From contig JADGQN010000001.1 of assembly GCA_017881765.1 (NCBI GenBank), positions 1-40,645 of the forward strand: DNA of 40,645 nt, in the 5' to 3' direction. Source of the DNA: Syntrophobacterales bacterium (GTDB lineage: Bacteria; Desulfobacterota; Syntrophorhabdia; Syntrophorhabdales; WCHB1-27). The notes under the pieces are model-generated. The model was not told the DNA's origin and ran no database searches. It saw only the letters and a list, made by a program, of their open reading frames with translations. This document shows, piece after piece, positions 34,538 to 40,645 of the stretch. The first letter of the stretch is position 1; every line of letters begins with the position of its first letter. A program made the position numbers and the translations under genes.

Positions 34538-34822
34538 TCAAACCTGCAGGCGCATAATCTCTTGGTAGGCGTCGATAATCTTGTTTCTCACCTGCATCAT
34601 GAGCTGGAACGTGAGGTCTGCTTTCTCTATGGCCATCATGGTGCTCGAAACATCATCGCTTTCCATCTTAGCCAGTTTCTCAACCTCTTTGTCCGCCTCT
34701 TTCTCCAGTTCCCCTACTTTCTTTATCGAGTCTTTCAGGTTATCAAGGAAGGATGATTCCCCTTTTTGCGGGCCTTTAAGCTGGTCAAGCATCCCGGCAG
34801 TGTTTACGCTATCTATCTTCAT
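34538..34822 (-). CDS. fliE: flagellar hook-basal body protein FliE
   Basis: 94 aa with C-terminus TMMAIEKADLTFQLMMQVRNKIIDAYQEIMRLQV typical of FliE. Confidence 0.9.
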   Translation of the reverse strand: MKIDSVNTAGMLDQLKGPQKGESSFLDNLKDSIKKVGELEKEADKEVEKLAKMESDDVSSTMMAIEKADLTFQLMMQVRNKIIDAYQEIMRLQV

Positions 34823-34831
34823 GGTTGCCTC

Positions 34832-35260
34832 CTACTTCGCTATCTCAAGGGCCTTCTGAAACAGGTGCTTGGTTGTGTTAATCACGTTCACATTAGCCTC
34901 GTACGAGCGCGTGGCCGATACCATATCCGTCATCTCTTCCAACACGTTTACATTCGGCAAGGTTACATACCCTTCCGCGTCCGCGTCCGGATGGCCGGGA
35001 TCGTACGTTTTGTCGAAGGGCTTTTCACTCTCCGTTATCTCTTCCACTTCTACCCCTTCCAGTTTTTTGTTCAGGACCCCTCTGAAGCCCTCCCCGGAAG
35101 CATCGGAAGAACTAAGCACCACATTCAGCTTCTTGTACGGACCACCTTCTTCCGTACGAGTCGTATGAATATTGGCCAGGTTCGTTGCGATGGTCTCCAT
35201 CCTCACCCTCTGGGCGTGCAAACCAGCCGAACTGATCTTCAGCACATCGAACATCCCCAT
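34832..35260 (-). CDS. flgC: flagellar proximal rod protein FlgC
   Basis: 142 aa. ATNLANIHTTRT and PNVNVLEEMTDMVSATRSYEANV. Confidence 0.95.
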   Translation of the reverse strand: MGMFDVLKISSAGLHAQRVRMETIATNLANIHTTRTEEGGPYKKLNVVLSSSDASGEGFRGVLNKKLEGVEVEEITESEKPFDKTYDPGHPDADAEGYVTLPNVNVLEEMTDMVSATRSYEANVNVINTTKHLFQKALEIAK

Positions 35261-35261
35261 G

Positions 35262-35603
35262 TTATTTTCCTCCGCTAATTATGTATCGCATCATGGAAAA
35301 CTTCTTAGAAAGCGCCTGTACCAAGGCATCGTAGTACATGCTGTTTTCCGTTAACTTCATCACTTGATTCTCCATATTTACGGTATTCTCGTCGAGAGTG
35401 GGGAAGCCGAAAGGCTCCTCGGCGGTCTCTTCCATCTCAACGCCCCCTGATGAATAGGACATCTGTTTCTCGAGCTGCTTCTTGAAGTCGACCTCTTTTT
35501 CTTTAAAGCCGGGTGTATCGGCGTTCGCAATATTCCCTGCTATCACCTTGTGATAGGCCGTCCTGATGCTGAGCGCTTTGCCGATGAGATCAACTAGCGG
35601 CAT
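35262..35603 (-). CDS. flgB: flagellar proximal rod protein FlgB
   Basis: 113 aa. IAGNIANADTPGFK and C-terminal NQVMKLTENSMYYDALVQALSKKF. SD AGGGGTG. The start overlaps the 3' end of the upstream response-regulator gene by 14 nt. Confidence 0.9.
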   Translation of the reverse strand: MPLVDLIGKALSIRTAYHKVIAGNIANADTPGFKEKEVDFKKQLEKQMSYSSGGVEMEETAEEPFGFPTLDENTVNMENQVMKLTENSMYYDALVQALSKKFSMMRYIISGGK

Positions 35604-36891
35604 TCATACACCCCTGGGGCACAGGAATACCCAGCCCCTTATATTCTCTGATCTTGTTCCGAAGCGTTCGCACGGTAATGCCAAGAATGGAAGCAGCCTG
35701 CGTCCTGTTGCCGTTCAGCTGGCGCAGCGTATCCAGGATCAGGTTCATCTCCATATCCCTCACTGAGCCGACCCTGACCTCTTTTCTCGATTCAAGGTCC
35801 TGAAGATGGGTCAGTTTCACAACGGAATAGTCCGACAGAATGCAGGCGCGCGCTATCGTATTTTCCAGCTCCCGCACGTTGCCTTTCCACGTCTTATCCT
35901 TGAGGAACTCCATGGCTTCGTCGGAGACGCTCGTGTCCTTTCCTTGCGAATATTTGGTCAAAAAGTACCCGACAAGGATCGGCACATCCTCTTTTCTGTC
36001 GCGCAAGGGAGGGACCATGACGGGAAACACATTCAATCTGTAGTACAGGTCCTCCCTGAATTTCCCTTCTTCCACGCACTTTTTCATATCTTTATTGCTC
36101 GTTGCTATGACCCTGACGTCTACCTTCTTGGGATAGCGGGAACCTATGATCTCTATTTCTTTCTCCTGAAGCACCCGAAGAAGCTTTGCCTGCAGCCGTA
36201 TATCCATTTCACTGATCTCGTCGAGGAGGATGGTGCCCTTGTCCGCCAGCTCGAACTTGCCGGGCTTCTTCGCCACGGCTCCCGTGAAGGCACCTCGCTC
36301 ATAGCCAAAAAGCTCACTCTCCAGAAGGTTGTCAGGCAGGGCGGCGCAGTTGACGGGAATAAAAGGGCCGGAGCGTCTTTCGCTGTTTTCGTGTACATAT
36401 TTAGCAACCAGTTCTTTTCCCACACCGCTCTCCCCGAGAATGAAGACGGTTGTGTCCGAACGCGCCACACGCGCCGCATTCCACAGGACGTCCCTCATTG
36501 CACGGGACACGTAGATGATCTTGCCCCGATTGACGCCAAGCGCACGTTTCACAACGCCATAGAGGGTCTCTGTATTGAAGGGCTTCTGGATATAGTCAAA
36601 GGCTCCTTCCTTTATCGCCTTTACCGCATCCTGTATGGTCCCGTACGCCGTGATAAGGATCACGGGAACAAGCGATGACGTTTCCCTGACACTCTCAAGG
36701 AGATCAATGCCGCTCTTGTGGGGCATTCTCACATCGGTAATGACGAGGTCACATGAGCCCCGCTTGATCACCTCCGTGGCCCTCAATCCGTCTTCAGCGA
36801 CGGAAACGGCATATCCGGCTTTGCTCAGTGACTCCTTGAGAGCAAGTCTCATATGAAGATCGTCGTCGACTACAAGTATGTTTGTTTTCAT
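35590..36891 (-). CDS. sigma-54-dependent response regulator (FlrC/FleR/FlgR-like EBP)
   Basis: 433 aa. Canonical REC domain (VVDDD, ITDVRMP, ITAYG, IQKPF), AAA+ domain with GESGVGKE and ESELFGYERGAFTGA, and a Fis-type HTH (AASILGITVRTLRNKIREY). Confidence 0.92.
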   Translation of the reverse strand: MKTNILVVDDDLHMRLALKESLSKAGYAVSVAEDGLRATEVIKRGSCDLVITDVRMPHKSGIDLLESVRETSSLVPVILITAYGTIQDAVKAIKEGAFDYIQKPFNTETLYGVVKRALGVNRGKIIYVSRAMRDVLWNAARVARSDTTVFILGESGVGKELVAKYVHENSERRSGPFIPVNCAALPDNLLESELFGYERGAFTGAVAKKPGKFELADKGTILLDEISEMDIRLQAKLLRVLQEKEIEIIGSRYPKKVDVRVIATSNKDMKKCVEEGKFREDLYYRLNVFPVMVPPLRDRKEDVPILVGYFLTKYSQGKDTSVSDEAMEFLKDKTWKGNVRELENTIARACILSDYSVVKLTHLQDLESRKEVRVGSVRDMEMNLILDTLRQLNGNRTQAASILGITVRTLRNKIREYKGLGIPVPQGCMNAAS

Positions 36892-38009
36892 ATCCTCTTC
36901 TCGGGTAAGTAGATTAGGAACATCGAGCCTGTATTGGGCTGCGACTCAACTTCTATGTAACCACCATGCGCTTTTACAATGTTGTAGACTATAAACAGGC
37001 CCAGCCCAAGTCCCTTATCCTTTGTTGTGAAAAAGGGATTGAACAGGCTCTTGCGCACTTCCTCCGTCATGCCCACACCGTCGTCGCAAACGCTCACAAC
37101 TACGTACCCACGGTCCTCTTTGATCGCTATCGTGATGCAGCCCTTTTCGTCGATAGCGTCCATCGCGTTTGCAAAGAGATTCATCATGACCAGCTTCATC
37201 AAGTCAGGATCGAAAACGAAAGGCCTTTCGTGAAACGTCTCTACGCGTGTGGATATATCCCTGCTCTTTATCGAAACCTTCATGAACTGAACCGTATCGT
37301 TCACCAGGTCTGCAAGCCTCTCTTCCTGTAATACGAGCGTCTTCGGACGCGTATAGGAGAGGATATTATTGATCACCCTGTCGATGGCCTTCACGCCGAA
37401 AAGTATATAGTCGACGTACTTCCTATCTACCTTTCTCAGCTTAGATTGCTGCAGCATCGAGAGGAAAAGCTCCATGCTCCCTAAAGGGTTCTTGATCTCA
37501 TGGGCGATGCGTGCGGCCATCTCGCCCATGGCCCGCAATCTCTCATCGCGCTCCAGTCTCTCTTTCATCTTCTCCATCTGTGTAACGTCCTCAAAAACGA
37601 CCACTTCCCTTCCTTCGAACCCGTTGTTCAGAGCCTCCCTCCTCCACCGGAAGCAACCGGTTCGATTCTTCAGTTCGCCAAAGGTCTCGCCGCTGCTCTT
37701 GAGACTGTCGATGAACCCCGCACCGTTCAGCTTTTTTGCATTTTTATTGGAGAAGACGGGCTCAGGCCCTTTTTCGAGAACCACAACTCCCACAGGAAGT
37801 GAGTCGAGTATCGTATGGAGATATTTCCGTGCCTTCTCGAGCTGGTTGTTCTTTTCTTCCACCTGTTCTTTCAGCTGCCTGATCTGTGTCTCAAGAGAAT
37901 GGTAGTATGTCATCAGCGAGTCAGAAGCCTTGGTGAATTCAGAAAATGCGCAGCTTAGAAGATTCAGTTCAGGTTTAGCCATTACGGATGGGATAAAAGC
38001 AAGAACCAT
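36888..38009 (-). CDS. soluble sensor histidine kinase (FlrB/FleS/FlgS-like)
   Basis: 373 aa with no TM segment. Coiled-coil and PAS-like N-terminal half, H box AHEIKNPLGSM, N box NLFANAMDA, G1 DDGVGM, G2 GLGLGLFIV. ATGA overlap with the RR gene. The start is ATG 38009 or 37982; neither has a good SD. Confidence 0.85.
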   Translation of the reverse strand: MVLAFIPSVMAKPELNLLSCAFSEFTKASDSLMTYYHSLETQIRQLKEQVEEKNNQLEKARKYLHTILDSLPVGVVVLEKGPEPVFSNKNAKKLNGAGFIDSLKSSGETFGELKNRTGCFRWRREALNNGFEGREVVVFEDVTQMEKMKERLERDERLRAMGEMAARIAHEIKNPLGSMELFLSMLQQSKLRKVDRKYVDYILFGVKAIDRVINNILSYTRPKTLVLQEERLADLVNDTVQFMKVSIKSRDISTRVETFHERPFVFDPDLMKLVMMNLFANAMDAIDEKGCITIAIKEDRGYVVVSVCDDGVGMTEEVRKSLFNPFFTTKDKGLGLGLFIVYNIVKAHGGYIEVESQPNTGSMFLIYLPEKRI

Positions 38010-38061
38010 ACCAGGCCATGTACGGTATGGCCAAGAGGCAAAAGCAGGAAAAAGATAGAGC

Positions 38062-38166
38062 AGGTTAAGGTTAAGGTTGAGGTTGGGACAGAGCCAAGAA
38101 TAGCATCAACCGACCATTGGCTTAGCCCGTTGCGTTCCTCTTAACCTTGACCTCGGCCTTAGCCTT
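38062..38166. repeat. hexamer tandem repeat (AGGTTR)x4 with an imperfect inverted copy (element G)
   Basis: 38062-38085 aggtta aggtta aggttg aggttg. The imperfect reverse-complement arm is 38137-38166, cctcttaaccttgacctcggccttagcctt. A ~50-nt loop lies between them. Confidence 0.7.
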
Positions 38167-38180
38167 TATGGATCACAAAA

Positions 38181-38199
38181 TGTCAGTATTTTGACAGAA
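38181..38199. promoter_or_regulatory. TGTCA-N6-TGACAGAA motif (second copy); possible weak terminator hairpin or EBP site
   Basis: tgtcagtattttgacagaa, 8 nt after the EBP stop codon. On the minus-strand RNA the 5-bp hairpin is followed by UUUUGUG. It shares 13 fixed positions with 24802-24820. Confidence 0.3.
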
Positions 38200-38206
38200 T
38201 TTGGCG

Positions 38207-39640
38207 CTACTCCAGTCCCAGCCGCTTCATCTTCTCGATGAGGGTGGTCCTGTTCATCTGCAGTACTCTGGCAGCCTGGCTCTTTACGCCCTTGGTCTGG
38301 TTCAAAGCCTTAAGAATCAGTGCCTTCTCAAAATCGGAGACGAGGGTATCGTAACCCCTGAGAACATCCATCTCCACCTCATCGGGTTTGCCCGTGTATA
38401 GCTTCTCGGGTAGGTCCTCTATGCTCACAAAACCCTTTTTCTTTATCACCACCAGGCGCTCTACAATATTCTGCAGTTCCCGGACATTTCCAGGATAATC
38501 ATAGCTCGTAAGGACATCGAGCGACTGCTCTGTCAGCCCTTCCAGGTTTGTGTTATTGATCTTGTTCCATCTCTCCAGAAAATAGTTCAATAAAAGCGGT
38601 ATGTCCTGGCGTCTTTCCCGAAGCGGGGGTATGTGGATAGGCACCACATTGAGACGGTAATAGAGGTCTTCCCTGAATTTGCCCGCTTTAACCAGGGCGT
38701 CAAGGTCCCGATGCGTGGCAGCCACCATTCTGACGTCCACGTGGATCGTTTTGGAACCACCAACGCGATCAAAAGACTTCTCCTGCAGGACCCGAAGTAG
38801 CTTGACCTGCAGCTTCAGGCTCATGTCCCCTATCTCATCAAGAAAAACCGTGCCGCCGTCAGCAAGCTCGAACCTGCCGAATCTCGTTTTTACCGCACCG
38901 GTGAAGGCCCCCCTTTCATGACCGAAGAGCTCACTCTCCAGGAGCTCTTCCGGGATGGCGCCGCAGTTGACCACAACGAGTGGTCGCGTCCGGCGAGAGG
39001 AGTTATAGTGGATAGCCCGCGCAACAAGTTCTTTGCCGACGCCGCTTTCTCCCGTGACCAGCACCGTTGCGCTGGTGTCAGCCACCTTTTCGATCATCTC
39101 GAAGACCTTCTGCATCTGAAAGCTGATGCCCACAATATTCTCAAACTTGTACTTGTCCCGCATGTGGCTTCGAAGAATAGTATTCTCCCGGATCACATTT
39201 GTTTCCGCAAACCTCCGCAAAATGTTGCCTCTGGCTACCAGTTTCTTCGGGATATTGTCGGCGTTCAGAAGCTCAAAGTAGTATATCGCCGACTCGACCG
39301 TAGAAAGCAGTTCCTCGAACTTGAAGGGCTTCAGGATGTAAGCGAAGGCTCCGTAATTCATGGCGCTGATGGCAGTCTCCAGACTTCCGTAGCCTGTAAG
39401 AACTATCCCGAGTGTGTTGAGATACTCTTGCTGAATGAACTTGATGAGCTGAATCCCATCGATCTTCGGCATCTTCAGATCAGTGATCATGACCTGGTTC
39501 TCGTTCTTCTTGAGAGCGACGAGGGCTGCCTCACTCGACCGATGCGCGTCAACTTTATAGCCCTTGCTCGTCAGATATTCTTTGAGAACGTTCAGGACGT
39601 TCTCTTCATCATCGACGACCAGTATACGACCCTTTTCCAT
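38207..39640 (-). CDS. sigma-54-dependent response regulator (FleQ/FlrA/FgrM-position master-regulator candidate, with an intact receiver)
   Basis: 477 aa. REC domain with all phospho-acceptor residues (VVDDEE, ITDLKMP, VLTGYG, ILKPF), AAA+ domain GESGVGKE and ESELFGHERGAFTGA, and C-terminal HTH (AARVLQMNRTTLIEKMKRLG). Confidence 0.92.
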   Translation of the reverse strand: MEKGRILVVDDEENVLNVLKEYLTSKGYKVDAHRSSEAALVALKKNENQVMITDLKMPKIDGIQLIKFIQQEYLNTLGIVLTGYGSLETAISAMNYGAFAYILKPFKFEELLSTVESAIYYFELLNADNIPKKLVARGNILRRFAETNVIRENTILRSHMRDKYKFENIVGISFQMQKVFEMIEKVADTSATVLVTGESGVGKELVARAIHYNSSRRTRPLVVVNCGAIPEELLESELFGHERGAFTGAVKTRFGRFELADGGTVFLDEIGDMSLKLQVKLLRVLQEKSFDRVGGSKTIHVDVRMVAATHRDLDALVKAGKFREDLYYRLNVVPIHIPPLRERRQDIPLLLNYFLERWNKINNTNLEGLTEQSLDVLTSYDYPGNVRELQNIVERLVVIKKKGFVSIEDLPEKLYTGKPDEVEMDVLRGYDTLVSDFEKALILKALNQTKGVKSQAARVLQMNRTTLIEKMKRLGLE

Positions 39641-39716
39641 CGTTTCCTACCATCCTTATGCATACGCTTGAGCATCTCGCATGCCCTTTTATTCTCCAGG
39701 CTCTCCGCGTAGTTAT

Positions 39717-39746
39717 ATTACACTTTTCGAGACTTTTATGGAACAA
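39717..39746 (-). promoter_or_regulatory. possible sigma-70 promoter for the first EBP gene
   Basis: The minus strand reads TTGTTC-N18-TGTAAT, ~77 nt upstream of ATG 39640. No GG-N10-GC element was found in this spacer. This is a weak match only. Confidence 0.25.
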
Positions 39747-39824
39747 AAAACTTTCGACTTGGTGCAAGGCAGCGAGTTTCGGGAGGTAGGGGCCAGGTTC
39801 GGGATGCGAAACGTGCGCGAAGGA

Positions 39825-40199
39825 CTACTTTCCAGTCTTAGCCATGACTTTGCGAATCGCGTCCGCCAGTCGTTCGGGCGTGAAAGGCTTGGTTATATAG
39901 TTGTCGACACCGGCCTTAATGGCTTCCATGACGGCCTTCTTCTGTGCTTCGGCGGTCACCATGATAAATGGGATTTGGCTGATCTGCGGATCGTCTTTGC
40001 ATGCTTGCAGCAATTCCATACCGGTCATTTCAGGCATGAGAAGGTCGCATATAATCAGGTCAATTTTTTCCTTCCTGAGCAGGTCCAAGGCCTCCTTGCC
40101 GTTTCCCGCTTCCAGCGTATTATACATGTTTATCTGTTTTAGCACGTTTTTCAGTATCCTCCGCATGGTAGGAAAATCGTCAACAACAAGGACTCTCAT
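39825..40199 (-). CDS. cheY: chemotaxis response regulator CheY
   Basis: Single REC domain: MRVLVVDDFPTMRRILKN...DLIICDLLMPEMTG...FIMVTAEA...YITKPF. ATG 40199 is preferred over the track start 40214, which has no SD and lies close to the promoter. Confidence 0.9.
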   Translation of the reverse strand: MRVLVVDDFPTMRRILKNVLKQINMYNTLEAGNGKEALDLLRKEKIDLIICDLLMPEMTGMELLQACKDDPQISQIPFIMVTAEAQKKAVMEAIKAGVDNYITKPFTPERLADAIRKVMAKTGK

Positions 40200-40236
40200 C
40201 TCGACCCTGAGCATGCAAGTGGACCCATTAGCTAGG

Positions 40237-40264
40237 TTATCGGAGCGAAACGGACAAACTTAAA
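40237..40264 (-). promoter_or_regulatory. sigma-28-like promoter for cheY
   Basis: The minus strand reads TTTAAG-tttgtccgtttcgc-TCCGATAA (7/8 in the -10 element). The AAG-N14 spacing is the same as at the flgM promoter. Confidence 0.5.
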
Positions 40265-40428
40265 GGAAACTCGCCTAAGCTCCGTGATGCAGAGAATAGA
40301 CCACAGACTTCAGAAGCCCGGGCGGAAGCCGGAAACATCGGATTATAAGTCAGACTTTGGGCTGAAGCTACAAAACAGTTCCACTCGTCGTAGTCCGGGG
40401 TCCGCGTACAAATAGCGGATTCAAACCC

Positions 40429-40455
40429 TTAAGTCGATTCAAAACTGGGCGACAA
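40429..40455 (+). promoter_or_regulatory. weak sigma-28-like promoter for the plus-strand cheW
   Basis: TTAAG-tcgattcaaaactg-GGCGACAA (6/8 in the -10 element), ~85 nt upstream of ATG 40539. Confidence 0.3.
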
Positions 40456-40538
40456 CAGAAAGGAGGGCAAAGTTCCCATCTGAGAACGACTGCAGCAGGA
40501 CGAAAGGTATTGAAGAATACGAGGATGGTGCAACGAAG

Positions 40539-40645
40539 ATGACTGACGCAAAGATGCCACAAGAACAGACAGCAAAGACCATGACCAGCATCGAAGGGAA
40601 ATATCTTACGTTCTCCTTAGCTAAAGAAGAGTATGGCCTCGGTAT
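40539..40645 (+). CDS. cheW: CheW-like coupling protein, N-terminal fragment (runs off the window)
   Basis: Manual translation: MTDAKMPQEQTAKTMTSIEGKYLTFSLAKEEYGLG.... KYLTFxLxxEEYG is the CheW N-terminal signature. The start could also be ATG 40554. Confidence 0.7.
   Translation, partial: MTDAKMPQEQTAKTMTSIEGKYLTFSLAKEEYGLG

Noticed and set aside
35619-35683. Two GG/GC-containing sequences upstream of flgB inside the EBP gene: TGGGTAttcctGTGC at 35619-35634 and TGGCATtaccgTGCG at 35669-35683.
   Set aside because: The first is a poor match and sits too close to the flgB SD to leave a leader. The second has GG-N9-GC spacing, one nucleotide short. Neither is called as a promoter.
38062-38085. 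Short-period repeats in elements E, F and G and the A-D family were considered as CRISPR-like arrays.
   Set aside because: There is no series of three or more regularly spaced 25-40-nt direct repeats with unique spacers, and no cas genes. The repeats are hexamer/13-mer reiterations and inverted arms, or dispersed single copies.
1-40645. A search for a novel protein-based system (defence, toxin-antitoxin, secretion other than flagellar, phage or integrase genes).
   Set aside because: Every substantial ORF on the coding strand is accounted for by a flagellar, chemotaxis or cognate regulatory function. There are no transposase, integrase, nuclease, helicase or methyltransferase-type accessory genes. 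I do not claim a new protein system here.

Overview
The window is almost entirely one contiguous flagellar and chemotaxis supercluster on the minus strand. I called 43 minus-strand CDS, plus the start of a divergent plus-strand cheW at the right edge.

In transcription order (high to low coordinate):
- cheY, then a REC/sigma-54 enhancer-binding protein (EBP), then a soluble histidine kinase (HK) and a second REC/sigma-54 EBP.
- flgB flgC fliE fliF fliG fliH fliI fliJ fliK flgD flgE.
- fliL fliM fliN fliO fliP fliQ fliR flhB flhA flhF flhG fliA.
- An HDOD protein, cheB, a HEAT-repeat protein, cheR, cheA, cheW and a small charged ORF.
- flgF flgG flgA flgH flgI, a rod-binding-only flgJ, then flgM flgN flgK flgL (flgL is truncated by the window start).

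The gene order resembles Geobacter and other deltaproteobacterial or Nitrospirae-like loci, but taxonomy cannot be proven from this window. Flagellin, fliD/fliS and motAB are not present here.

Two consensus sigma-54 promoters (upstream of flgF and fliL) and one exact sigma-28 promoter (upstream of flgM) can be read directly. Weaker sigma-28-like sites precede the HDOD/che operon, cheY and the plus-strand cheW.

I see no defence island, toxin-antitoxin pair, prophage, CRISPR array, tRNA or rRNA, and no clearly novel protein system.

The unusual content is non-coding:
- A roughly 125-bp hairpin (MITE/ERIC-like) repeat family occurs four times inside the operons. Three copies end exactly 12 nt from the next start codon, and one runs through the flgH signal-peptide region.
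- Three unrelated long imperfect hairpins are built from short reiterated motifs.
- A shared TGTCA-N6-TGACAGAA motif occurs at two sites.

All functional interpretations of these elements are inference.
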